Assembly (NCBI RefSeq): GCF_025526975.1
Contig: NW_026515668.1
Span: 434,001 to 498,000, forward strand
Reading direction: 5' to 3'
Length of the DNA: 64,000 nucleotides
DNA from: Fimicolochytrium jonesii
Lineage: Eukaryota
A program made the position numbers and the translations under genes. Below the pieces are notes generated by a model. The model saw only the letters and a program-made list of their open reading frames with translations. It did no database searches and was not told the origin of the DNA. Shown in pieces: positions 1-11,128 of the stretch (position 1 is the stretch's first letter; each line of letters starts with the position of its first letter).

Positions 1-440
1 CGCGACGCGGTCCTGAAGCAATGGCAATATGTCGAAAACAACATTGAGACACTGTTTTCGAACCCTTTCGGCTCCGGATATCCATCGGATCCAAATACTG
101 TCAACTGGATGAATCATCATATCGACCCTGTGTTCGGCTACCCACGCATCGTGCGCTTCAGCTGGGCGACGTCGGTAAACCTGCTGAAAGATAGAGCATG
201 TGCTGTGAAGTGGTATGTCACAGCGAGGCGATTTTTTACTCGACTCGATTGCTGAAGGCCCTCCTCGTTCCGTGCAGGCCTGAAGAGGAGGAAGCAGCGG
301 AAGGGGCAGACATTCGAGGATATTTTGGATCGAAGCCCACCGGCGGATCCAGTGGGGATAGCGGGACAACGTTGGCCAAAGCATTTCCCCCAAGAGACAC
401 CTTGCTTGCCTCACTGAAGCACGTAGCTCAGTTTCCATAA
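1..440 (+). CDS. RNH201: Ribonuclease H2 catalytic subunit A, 3' part (5'-truncated by window edge)
   Basis: Frame 1 reads RDAVLKQWQYVE...FGSGYPSDPNTVNWMNHHIDPVFGYPRIVRFSWAT, the RNase H2A C-terminal motif. Intron 213..277 (GTATGT...TGCAG) joins ...AVKW to PEEEE; stop at 438-440. Confidence 0.9.
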
Positions 441-804
441 GATCGGCTGAAGACGCAACCATTGATCAAAGTTACCCGCGAATTGGCCGTATGGCACGCC
501 ACTTTGAGTCTGGGTTTCATTTGACAGTCACACCACTTGGACAGAATGGAGCCTTCACACTCCAGTTGTACATACTGTAATCATACAGGAACGTAGCCTT
601 GGCGGGTGGGAGAGCGTGTGCGCGGAAGACCAAAAATGGCGGCGAGAGATGATCGCATTATGTACACGTGCAGGTCGATTTGCTTTCAGCGAATAGGTAT
701 GTAAGCGAAGACGCTTAATGGGATATGTACAAAGGTAGTTCCGAAACCCATGCCCTGGTAAGCGTCGGTTCGCCGGTCACACTTCCTGAAGTTAGAGTGC
801 GTGA

Positions 805-1447
805 TCATAAATATGCTCGATCCACACGGAAAGCGCCGTTCGTCGACCCAGCTTTGCTCTGCGTATAGGACTCCACTTCGCTCTGGAAAGATATCAATTT
901 GTCTGAGACCCCAATGCTGCATGCGCTCAAATTGAACGGAAAAGGCCGAGAACATCAAGGGTTCGGTCTGCAGACCCACCTCGAACTTCCTCTTGATTTG
1001 TGATATTTGCTTGATAACTCCATTTATATCTTCCTGCATCACTTGCAACGGTGATGTTTCTGGCGTCGTTTGCACCTTCAGATCAATAGAGTGATCCAAT
1101 GGATGGGGCATCCTATATCCAGCGAACAGCACTTTCCGGTTGTTCAACAATTCCCTGGTTTTCAATCAGTGAGTGAGCTCTTCAGCCACAGTATCCCACG
1201 CATTCGACCTCCAGAACCCTTCCTAGCTTCCCCGCTACTCACATGCGTAGTAAGTTCCCTAGAGTGTGGTCCTCCTTCTCGATATGGAATGTAGCAGCGT
1301 TCGGGATTTTGGTGTCTTTGATCTCTATGGCTCTATGGGTCGGAGTTAGGGTCACATGACACCAAAACTCCTCCTTGAGTTTTGTACTTACTTTGGGACG
1401 CCCTCAGGCATCAAGTACAGCTCCTGTGGTGCTGGTGCGTTGGACAT
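805..1447 (-). CDS. RPB11: RNA polymerase II subunit RPB11 (multi-exon)
   Basis: Exons give [19 protein letters not shown] / [25 protein letters not shown] / [34 protein letters not shown].xPHPL distinguishes RPB11 from AC19. Last exon ends ...DRAYL* at 805-807. Confidence 0.9.
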
Positions 1448-1823
1448 ATTGCAGTTCTGAGTGTGTTCTGTGGTTTGGGGATAAGTTGGGCGGAATGAAC
1501 GGGGCGTGAAAAAGGGTTGGCTTGTTCTCTTCCGAATACCTCAGACTTGTTGCTGGACTCGTCAATGTGGACCTCGTTCGATGTGCAGAATTGGTCAGTT
1601 TGCTGGGATGGCGACGAACTTGGGTTGAAGTCGAGGGGAATTGCCAGCGCCAGCACACATTTTGCCAAAGCCCTCAATAGACCTTAAAATAAGGGGCTAA
1701 GGTCACATAATGTGGATAAATAAAGACGAGTCTACCAGATAACTATCCCCAAAACACAGATGTAACCGGCATGCTCTGCGCTCGGTTATTTCTTGGTGTT
1801 ATTAACACTAATCGTAACGCAAT

Positions 1824-1842
1824 TCCTAACCCTAACCCTACC
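1824..1842 (+). repeat. Short interstitial telomere-like (CCCTAA) tract
   Basis: cctaaccctaaccctacc. Similar tracts occur at 3829-3854 and, reversed, at 41047-41058. Confidence 0.6.
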
Positions 1843-2163
1843 TTAGAGCTCAACATAATTATATGATAAGTCGCGCGAAATGTGGTGGGGTTAAACTGTG
1901 GTGGCTTTAGCACTTCGCGAATTTGGGGGCTTCGATATTTGGCGGAAGTTCAAAACCCCTTCAGTGAGGCGGGTGCGGGCGGTAGCTCATCAAAGGCCTG
2001 CCCGTTACGCTGGTTTGCGGCAGTATTCTCGATGTTCTTCTGTGCTCAATTGTATACCTTAACTATTCATTGCGCAGTATGCGTTGCAGACATCACTCTG
2101 TAGTCTGTACGCTGGTTCTATCTACGGAGACGCCCATGGTCGCGATGCTACATATGGAAAGTA

Positions 2164-3514
2164 TCAAAGCCTGCTCTGCGACACCAGCATCCCCCCCAAC
2201 CTCTTCGTGATGATCTGCTCCGCATCCGACCCAATCTTCTCGCATAGGTCCTTGCAAGGTGGCAGTCATCCATCAACCCAACAACCTGTCCCGCCGTCCA
2301 CGCGCGGTACTCAGTATCGCCTTTAGTGAGTACCTGTCTGCCCCTTTGTCCCGACACAAGGTGCTGGATGTAAGAGAACTACGCGCCTCCCGGCCGCCGC
2401 TCGATAGAGAGGACTTCGGAAGACACAGCGTTCTTGTGGACGCGGGCTGTGTTGCATGGGGCGCAACATGAGGTTGGTGTCCTTCTCGTTCGCATTTATG
2501 ATGGCATCCTTCACAGATTGGTGTATTGGGGCTTCCTGCGTGCACATGAAGCGCGTACCTGTTCAAAAGCAAAAGGAGCAATCAGCAAAGCTTGAGCTTC
2601 TGCTTTCGTAGGCACGTACCAATGCGTGTCTTATACTGGTGCATTTGTGAATAACGGTGATGCGAGCCTCTTTAAAACGCTTTACGTGAGCACCAGGGTT
2701 GCTACCAGCCGTTTGTGGATAAGGTGGGTTAAGCAGATGCAGCATTAATACAGCGAAGCGAGTTACATTGCGCTAGGGCGTAAAGATTTCCTCAAAGCGG
2801 TTCCTAGCGAGCAGTGGCGAACGTTATTTTTGCGAGCGAAGCGAGCTCCATTGCGTGAAAGGCTCCCCTCACTAGCGAGCCCCGGCGTAGCGTTGAGACC
2901 CACACACCCCAACCTCCTTGTAACGACCAGAGCGGGCAGATTATCATTCAACCCACCAATCGTCGCTTGGCTCATCCACAAACCACCAACCATCAGCCGT
3001 CGCCCCCCACTTCGCTTCGGACTTCGGCGGCTGACGTTTTTTCTTCTTTTCGCCACCTTCCCCTATCCCCAGGCGTTGAGGTTCGAATCGTCCATCCTAA
3101 GTATTGTCGAACGCGTCGTCCACCACTAACTGCCTCACCTCATCAACCTACTTCAACCACTTTGAAGGCCTCCTGTAATATTGCGGTAACTGCAAAAGCC
3201 AAAAAACAGTCAGGGTTCACGAGGAGCTCTGTTTGACAAGCAAAAAAGTATTGAATCATATTCCTCTATGGAGGCGGGTTCACGGACGGCAGAAACGTGA
3301 TGTTGACCCGGAAAGGTTTCGTAGTCGTCGTTCGGCACCTGGCTACTTCTTTCCGCAAGGCGTCCGGCGTTGGCTGAGTGGCGGTAAGCATACCCAACCC
3401 TCCAGCGTTACTGACGGCGCTGGCCATCTCAGCCGTGCCGACCCATCGCATGCCACCCTGGACTATTGGATGCAATATGCCCAACGCCTTCGTCAATTGT
3501 GACTGTAATGGCAT
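2164..3514 (-). pseudogene. Nitronate monooxygenase (2-nitropropane dioxygenase family) pseudogene, formerly peroxisomal
   Basis: Fragments in the correct order: MPLQSQLTKALGILHPIVQGGMRWVG...NAGGLG...VNPPP (3266-3514); TAGSNPGAHVKRFK...IHKCTSIRHAL (~2621-2712); GTRFMCTQEAPIH...NTARVHKN...GA*F...WTAGQVVGLMDD...LVSQSRL* (2164-2559). Lesions include frameshifts, an in-frame TAG, a missing central segment and a ~500-bp insertion. Confidence 0.9.
2748..3050 (+). mobile_element. Mini-hairpin-rich interspersed repeat, copy 1 (inside the NMO pseudogene)
   Basis: Core TTTTGCGAGCGAAGCGAG at 2828-2845. Downstream CCTCCTTGTA..GAGCG.GCAG..TTCAACC aligns with copy 3. Ends in a stem-loop (tcagccgtcg...cggcggctga) followed by a T-run. 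Boundaries approximate. Confidence 0.7.
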
Positions 3515-3672
3515 TTTATGATGACTTCTTAGGGACCTATAAAGCGGTGGAATATCTTTGTTGAACGTGAGAGTCAGGTTTCGAGTCTGTATCAACGAAG
3601 GGGCTCGTTCGAGTGCGCCGTCGACGCTGGCAAGTTTGCTGGAACCCGAAAGAATGCGACGTGTGTCCAGAT

Positions 3673-4083
3673 TAGGGGGTCGTCCCGCAGTGGGATATCC
3701 CGCGTCCCGTCCCGTCCCATCCTGCACGGGACGGGATGCAGGACCGCCGCAAAAGTCCTGCGGGAATCCCGCGGGACTACCTTGACAGCATTTCAACAGC
3801 ATTTCGACATGGTGGAAGCAGCAAGCCCCCCTAACCTAACCCTACCCTAACCCTATGGGCAGTTGACCCTGTTGAGGTTGGCACTCCACAGGCATCTAGA
3901 AGAGTACCTATCTGGGGCGTGCAGACGGTCTTAGAGTCTAATTCCTGCTGGCTAGTCTCGTTTTCATGTTACCAGTTACTAAAGACTCGTGTTTGGGTGT
4001 GCTGTGAGCGGGACCGGGATATCCTGCGGGACGGGACGCGGGACCAGCAAATCCCGTCCCATCCCGCGCAGGACGACCCCCTA
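3673..4083. mobile_element. Non-autonomous hAT-type MITE, 411 bp
   Basis: Perfect 13-bp TIR TAGGGGGTCGTCC (3673-3685 / 4071-4083). Exact 8-bp TSD GTCCAGAT (3665-3672 / 4084-4091). Subterminal GGGAC/GTCCC clusters at both ends. Confidence 0.9.
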
Positions 4084-4462
4084 GTCCAGATTGCCAGACA
4101 TACACATGCTGGGAGCTGGGCAGGCTGGGCACAGGGGCACGCGCGTTTGACGCAGTTTGAGGCTCCGGCGGAAGTACTGTACACGCCTTTCACGCGGCAA
4201 AGCTCCGTCCAATGTCGAAGACTCTCAACGGCAAAGGGAAACCGATCTGTTTCCATATAGTCACTCGTACCGCCGTTCAGCATTGATAAGGTGAGAGCTG
4301 CCCTTCCACTTGTTAAACTGCAGCCCAATTTGCGTGGTAGAACTTGAACTCGTCGGAGTTGAGCAGGTCGTTAGCTAAGGTCACTCCATGTGATAGTTTG
4401 CTCAACGCCACGGCTTCTACTTCGATCAGGACTTCTGAACTCAGAAACGCAACTCAGAAACG

Positions 4463-4801
4463 ATGAATCCCAGGACGATGCCCAGAATCTTCCTCCGCCC
4501 ACCACAAACGTTGCTGTTAACTCGAGCCTATTCGACATCCAAACCATTTGAGCAGCCCGGACCCCTTCCTCTAGGCGACAAAGCAGACCAGAAAGAGTTT
4601 GAGGAACTTGTCAAGCAAAAGCTAAAGCAACAGGAATCGGGCTCGAATACGGCACTGCACCCCGATGCACCCAAAAAGCTTCAGGAAGCTGAGTGGGAGG
4701 GCGATAAGAATCCCGTCACAGGGGAGATTGGAGGGCCCAAGGGCAAGGAGCCAACTCGTTATGGAGATTGGGAGCGTAAAGGGAGGGTGTACGATTTCTA
4801 G
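4463..4801 (+). CDS. SDH8: Succinate dehydrogenase assembly factor 4 (DUF1674), mitochondrial
   Basis: Arg-rich presequence; C-terminal NPVTGEIGGPKGKEPTRYGDWERKGRVYDF signature. Confidence 0.93.
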   Translation: MNPRTMPRIFLRPPQTLLLTRAYSTSKPFEQPGPLPLGDKADQKEFEELVKQKLKQQESGSNTALHPDAPKKLQEAEWEGDKNPVTGEIGGPKGKEPTRYGDWERKGRVYDF

Positions 4802-5126
4802 AGTCGCACACATTTTTGGGGGATAATGATGGCGTACCGAGATTTCTAGGCTTGTTGGGGAAGGGTCTATCATTCAAAATGGACCTCCTAGGCTAGCAGG
4901 CTCCTATAATGCAACGCTATTTGTGAAGGGTACACGAGGCATACGAATTCGAATGTGGCAGATTGGTTGAAAACGACGGTTGAACAGGAGCCACCATTAT
5001 TTGCGCATCACGTCAATGAAATTTGGCGAGCAGAAAGGAGTGGCCACTCCACGCCAACCCACTATGCACATGCATGACAGCGGCGGAGTCTCCAAACTCC
5101 AAGAGGCATCTCCCCTCCCTTCGATC

Positions 5127-7073
5127 CTACCCTACGGTAAATGCTCCCATCGCGATCAAGATGTTCGATCTAGTAAACCGCAAGCTATATATGGGCGTCT
5201 GCTTCGTCGGGTACGTGCTCACTAGCGACTGCGGCGGCCGTTGAATGATATTCCCCTGCGCATTCCTCTTCACTCCTCCAATCTCTTTCGTGTCAGCCTT
5301 CTTGACGTCCCATATCCGCACGGTGTTGTCTGCGCCCCCCGACGCCAGTATTGCACCATCTTGACTAAATTCGAGAGAGTAGATCATGTCGGTGTGCCCG
5401 ATCATTTTTTTGATGCGCTTCCCAGAGGAAAGGTCCCACAGCATGATGGCTCGGTCATCGCCCGCGGTTGCAATGGTCCGTCCATCAGGTGCGAACGCGA
5501 CGGTCTGGACAGATCCATGGTGGCCTCTGAATGATCGCACGCAATTTCCCGACTGCACATTCCATAATCGGGCGGTGCGGTCCGACGAACCGGTGAGAAT
5601 GTATGCGCCGTTGGGATGAAAGCGCACCGTGTCGACGTCCGCCAGGTGCCCCACAAATATCCGCAAAGGGTAAATATGATCACAGCTCCACAGCCTAGCC
5701 GTTTTGTCATGGGATGCGGTTGCAAAGTACCACCCCTGTTGACTGAATGACGCATCCCAGACCGGATAGTTGTGCCCTTTATACACAACAACGTTCGACA
5801 TCGTGTCAAGGCTCCATAGTCGGGCGGTCTGGTCTTCCGAGCTTGATACCAGATATCTTTGATCAGCACTGAAGCTCGTCGCGTAAACAGGGCCAGTGTG
5901 GCCGATAAGGCGGCGGATTGCTGGAGATTCCTTCGGTGCTTTGTCAACTTGCGAGCGCGGGCCAGGATTCATCCCGTGCCTCTCGTGAGCATCGAGATGC
6001 CACATTCGAATGAAGGAGTCTCTGAACCCCGCGGCCACTTTCGATGCGTCTGGCGAAATCGTGAGTGTTTGAAGATCGCCATATGTGTTGTGAAAGGTGT
6101 ATGCGCATATTGATACTGGTGTCTGTGCTGTGATGTGGACGCGATTTCGGACCTCGCGGAGCTCATTGATGGCGGCAGGGATGTCAAGAAGTTTTCGCGG
6201 CGGGTATAGGATTGACGGTGCGTCTACTCTTGGCTCCTGCTTTACTTTCTCGATTTCGTTCAGCAGCTCAGCTGCGTCTGGAGGCTGCTCTAGTTTGATT
6301 TGACGCTCCATCTCAGCGTAAAAGGGTTGATCTGGTGGAAGTTTCCCTAGCTGCAGTTTCGTTATTGTTTGAAACTCGATCTGGGAATCAGTGGATTTGT
6401 CGCCAGACCCGTCTCCCTCCGCTGCGATGTCTCCTTCATTGTCAGAGGCATCAGCTTCCAACGCATCTATGCGTATGCTGACATGCTCGTTGACTATTCT
6501 CAGAATGAGCATAAACTTGTTGTCCTGCAGGAAGGACAACAGCAGTTCAAAGCAGTACTGGCTCATCCGCAAATGAAACGAGCTCGACTTGTAATTCTGC
6601 GCGACTTCGTTCTCTGCGACGTGTTGCGGCTCAGTGACGGCGCTCAACCGTAAAACATCCTGGTTATGCAGCTCAACATGATCCGCCTTGAAAGCCTCCA
6701 TGAAGTTCTTCGCATGCTCTCGGAGCCCCCTCTCGACAAGATCTAGGTACGCGTGAACGAATATCGGGAACAGCACTCTCCTCAGTTCGAGCTTGTATCT
6801 GTCAATCGAATTGTCTATCCATTTTCGAAGCCGCCCATAGCTCTGCTGGTATCCACTCGGGTTATTGGCCTCGTTCTCGTTGTGGAAGAGGATATAGTCG
6901 GGTATCGACACTTTAGCTCCATTTCGAGGTGCCCATGCGTTCGAGGAGGACGAGCCTGCCTGTCCTGCTGCAGTTCCGGGCGCCTCCTTTCGCAGAGCGG
7001 CTTCAGTCTGCTGATATCCTCTGTTCTTTAGGTAGTTGGCTACTATCCGATCGGCCTGGTGATCTTGCGCCAT
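5127..7073 (-). CDS. TAF5: TFIID/SAGA subunit TAF5 (LisH, NTD2, WD40), intronless
   Basis: YLKNRGYQQTE LisH-like motif; ELRRVLFPIFVHAYLDLV NTD2; six WD repeats (e.g. YKGHNYPVWD, FVGHLADVDTVRFHPN). Likely start MAQDHQ at 7073. Confidence 0.95.
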   Translation of the reverse strand: MAQDHQADRIVANYLKNRGYQQTEAALRKEAPGTAAGQAGSSSSNAWAPRNGAKVSIPDYILFHNENEANNPSGYQQSYGRLRKWIDNSIDRYKLELRRVLFPIFVHAYLDLVERGLREHAKNFMEAFKADHVELHNQDVLRLSAVTEPQHVAENEVAQNYKSSSFHLRMSQYCFELLLSFLQDNKFMLILRIVNEHVSIRIDALEADASDNEGDIAAEGDGSGDKSTDSQIEFQTITKLQLGKLPPDQPFYAEMERQIKLEQPPDAAELLNEIEKVKQEPRVDAPSILYPPRKLLDIPAAINELREVRNRVHITAQTPVSICAYTFHNTYGDLQTLTISPDASKVAAGFRDSFIRMWHLDAHERHGMNPGPRSQVDKAPKESPAIRRLIGHTGPVYATSFSADQRYLVSSSEDQTARLWSLDTMSNVVVYKGHNYPVWDASFSQQGWYFATASHDKTARLWSCDHIYPLRIFVGHLADVDTVRFHPNGAYILTGSSDRTARLWNVQSGNCVRSFRGHHGSVQTVAFAPDGRTIATAGDDRAIMLWDLSSGKRIKKMIGHTDMIYSLEFSQDGAILASGGADNTVRIWDVKKADTKEIGGVKRNAQGNIIQRPPQSLVSTYPTKQTPIYSLRFTRSNILIAMGAFTVG

Positions 7074-8007
7074 GGCGAATTTTGGAAAGTGGCCTGGAAT
7101 TGAAATGCCTCCCAAACTCTAAAAAGGGCTCAGCCGGGAGCAGACAATTCTAGTCGGAAATGCTTTCGAGGGGCCGGGTAGATTTGGGGGCTTGCTAGGC
7201 CGCTGGAGCGATAGGGCGGAAGTTGCTGTTGTCGAGCTTCGAATGCTGGGTGGATGGCAGAGGTCTCTTGGCGAGAGTTGTTGGACTGGTCGTTTCTGGC
7301 TTCCTGCCAGTTCCTGCGCGCGCGTTCTCAACGATGTTCAAATTTTTGGGGAGGGATATCCTTGCCATGTTTTTTCTGTGAGGCAGGACGAAGGCGCATA
7401 AACGATAGCTCACGGCACAAGGTATGATATATGATTCCTTTGAAGCTCTCCCCGAACCATCTATGTCACAGAAAGCCGACCCAGTATGTGCGCCAGAAGG
7501 AACTGGGAAGCAGAACCGTGACCAGCGATGCGCTGAATGGATACAATAGGAGGGGAAAGGATAAGGGGTATCTAAATATGAGCGCACCCGGTCCGCCCAA
7601 CGAAATGAGGCAGAGAACAGTATATATGAGGTGAGGGCCCAAATCGATGACCTTCCCAGCACGTCGCCACCCGCGGCGCTCCCCAGACCCGACATATTAC
7701 GCCTGCAGATAGACAACTTCCAGCGTCGGGTACTCCTTGCACCACCTGTCCCATCGGTGACTGTTCCAGCTTGCGCGATGACCGCTCAAGATACTCGCAC
7801 AAGTTGCGGGACTTGGGCGATGTAGAAAGCACTTGTCGAGTCTGTTGTTGCTCCCCGAGACGAAGGTCGGAGTACGGTGCAGTGAAACTCTAGGGATTTG
7901 ACAGCTTGGCGTTTGTACGTATTAGCTATTGTTTGGCGCCAAGGTTATGCTGCCGGCGAGTTTCAGGGGGCGTGGTGAGACCGTCTCAGGCGTGTCGAAT
8001 CACTTGG

Positions 8008-10566
8008 CTACGAATCCCTGTTGGGCATGTTGGATGACCCCGAACTCTGCGATGGTCGCGCGGGTTTGCCGTAGAGTACGTTCTTCAGCGCACGGCTTGC
8101 GAACACAGTCAACCCTCTGTTTGACAGACATACGATTAAGTTAGTTGCTGCGACAATAAAGATCATTCGGCGCACCAGCTGCGACTTACAAGCTAGCCCA
8201 GTCTTCGTCGTGCAGCTCCCTCAGATCGCCTACTGTCATCACATCCTGGTCTTTGAGTTTCGCCAACCATTCGTATGCTTTATCCGTTCCCCGATTCGTT
8301 GCCAGCGCAGTATCCATGACCAGTTCCTCGATGGGTCGATCGTCAGTATACTCTGTGAAGGTAGTGGGTCACCTTAAGTTACCAGATCGTAGACTAACTT
8401 TCAGCTGTTGCTCAGACCCACCTTTTTGTGGTAAGTCAGCGAACTCATCATTGCTCCGGGAGTCCATTAGCGATATTTTCCGTGCCAATATGGAGCCTGC
8501 TTCGCTATTCGAACTGATGGAGTCCTCGCCAGGATTTTGTGTTTGCGGTGATTGATGTGTGTGGTGGAACAGAATACTCTGCTGGGAATGGGAGAGCTGC
8601 GGCGGTGGTGGATGCCTTAACGACTGTTGTTGTGACAAAGACTGCTGCTGTTGTGATGATTGCTGCTGCGATCCGTCCGACGATAAAGGCGGGGGTTGTG
8701 ACTGCGATGGTGTGTTGTTTTGCACGCTATTACTTCGTGTCGCCCAGCCTTGTTGACGAGATTCCTCTCGGTTTTTGTCTTCTTCCGGGGCTGGTTTGTT
8801 CATCTCTCGCAGTATGCGATTAATCTCCCCTGTGATGAGATGCTGATATCGAGCTGGTAGAACTTGTTCCTGAATCTGTTGAGGATTTACCGTCTCGTCA
8901 ATAGGAAAAATGAAAAATCGCCATCGCATCAAGAGGACGCACCATTTCATTGACGACTTCCTCGGCCGTGTCGGTATCAACTAGATTGCAGAGTAAATTC
9001 TATGAGAGAGCTTCTCAAGGACATAAGGCTCGCCCAGACACGTACCGTTGAACTCGAACTTCACGGATAACCGGTCCATTCCCTTGAAGACGACCTGCAT
9101 TGTCAAATGGGTTTTGTCCTCGGTTGCGATGAGCACTACCTCGGGCTCTAGGGCCAAGAATGGGTGCTCTATTATATCTTGCGCGCTCAAACGGTCATGT
9201 TCGTTGCCGATGCAGTTATTTATGAGATCGAGGACCTCCGGATCACTGACTCGTGTAAGGCATTCGGGTTTTATTCCCTGATGGCATCCGTCAGCCATCC
9301 ATTGTTTGATCGGGGCTTTCCGAGACAATATTTTACGTACCTGGCTGACTTTCTTGTAGATCTGCGCCGCATTTTTGCACTCATTATATGGGTATTCTCC
9401 GGTAACCTGTCGAGTACAGGTGCTTCAGCGGCCTCGTGATTTCAGAGCATGTCATAAAGAAACGTACCATCTCCAAAAGTGCCATCCCAAAAGCGTAAAT
9501 ATCAACTTTCTCGCTATAACCCTTCTCCTCGTACATTTCCTAGACGAGTGAACGCCATCTCAGTCACTTGTTTCCAGCGTTCCGTTACTCACACGGGCGG
9601 TCGTACCGGTGCCATGAACTCGGGTGTTCCTATCACTGTATACTTTTTCCCAAGTTTCATTTTGGCAGTGCCCATGTCACCGATTTTCACTTCCCCGTGC
9701 GCCCCATTGATGAAGATGTTATCGCACTGGTAGAGATGGCATTCCATCAGTGATGCCGAAATGGAAATGACATTGAGAGACGGAACGAACCTTGATATCC
9801 CGGTGAATGATTGGCGGATCGTGAGAATGAAGGTACGACAGGCCCTTTAATATTTGCCGGGCCCAACGCTTCACAATCTTCATATTTGGAATTTGCAGTT
9901 TCCGAATATACCTACGACAAACGTCAACACCTGAATTCTGATTAGACATCCGGTCCCACCAACACTCACTCTCGCAGCGTTCCAGACGTCATCAGCTCCG
10001 TAATGAAAACGAATTCCGTATTGTTGTACCAGCAATCGTGGAATTGAATGATGTTGGGATGGCGCACTCTTTTCAGAATCTCAATCTCTTCGCTCAACTC
10101 CATGAACTCCGCTTTTGTGGTCTATGTTGCGTAACGATCAGATCCTCAACTCCTGATTCCCTCACGTCAGATCCTTCTACATAGCATCCCCTCATACCTG
10201 ACAAGTGTTCCATGCAACCTCGTAGCCTTCCTCCCTGTCGATAGCCTTGTATACGACCTTGTATGCGCCTTTTCCCAGTACTTGATTGAGCTGCGAAAAG
10301 TGGAGCGTTATTCCCGCGTAGCTGACTATCATCAAAACGCAATCAGTATCCACCTTCGCATATCTTGCGTTGGGGCTAGTCTCCATGACTCTCTCAGGAT
10401 CACTCCGATTGTTGTCCGACTGCGAGAGGGACATCGGTGGGATCGATTCGTTGCTTCCAGGATATGAGGCACCATATAACTCCGGCGACCTCATGCTTGT
10501 ACTACTCATCGAGTGCTCCATCCCCTGCGCCGAATTCTGTCGCACGTGAACCGGCTGTTGAGACAT
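8008..10566 (-). CDS. WNK: WNK-family Ser/Thr kinase with CCT-like and C-terminal SAM-like regions (multi-exon)
   Basis: [24 protein letters not shown] (Lys in the Gly loop, AWN in subdomain II); [66 protein letters not shown]. The 3' end is less certain. Confidence 0.9.
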
Positions 10567-11128
10567 TGCCAGTTGGCGTAGCCTCGAAGGTTCCGGTCGT
10601 GTGGAGTACCGAGAACGTGTGAAGCACGAAAGTAGGCTGAAAGCGCTCGTCACAAACTCCCGTTCTCCGCCAACGTACACCGATTGACTAGCTTGATGAC
10701 CCGCTGATAATATCGACTTCGGACTTGCTGTGAAAGAGCGGCTCCGGCAAAACCTTCCGCACGCGACGTTACTGCCGATTGGTGTTCAAGCTAGGGTGGA
10801 CTACTTATGGCTCAGCCGAAATACTACAACCAATCTTGACCGCTACCGAGATTCCCACGCCCCAATGTGGACTCCAAAAGCCAAGGACTGAGAAACGTGC
10901 GACGAACGAGAGAGGCTGACGGGCCAGGCGTACAGGGCGATCTGGTGCGTGGGAACTTCTACTGTATATGCGGCCGATAAATGCTACGGAGGAGGTCTGT
11001 GGTGGCGGAAGACTTTAATTCTGGGAAAAAACTTGCAGCCTTGGAAGCGCGCCTGGTTTCTCAAGGCTGCGGCCGGCCGTTTCAACCTGGTTTCAACATT
11101 CCACATTTCCAAGGACAAGACAAACCCA

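Noticed and set aside
3078..3095. GGTTCGAATC B-box/T-loop-like motif (similar at ~13755)
   Set aside because: No cloverleaf, acceptor stem or A-box could be built around either site, so no tRNA or SINE is called.
8539..8823. Cys-rich ORFs on + strand (also 18233-18949)
   Set aside because: Antisense translations of poly-Gln tracts in the WNK and bHLH genes.
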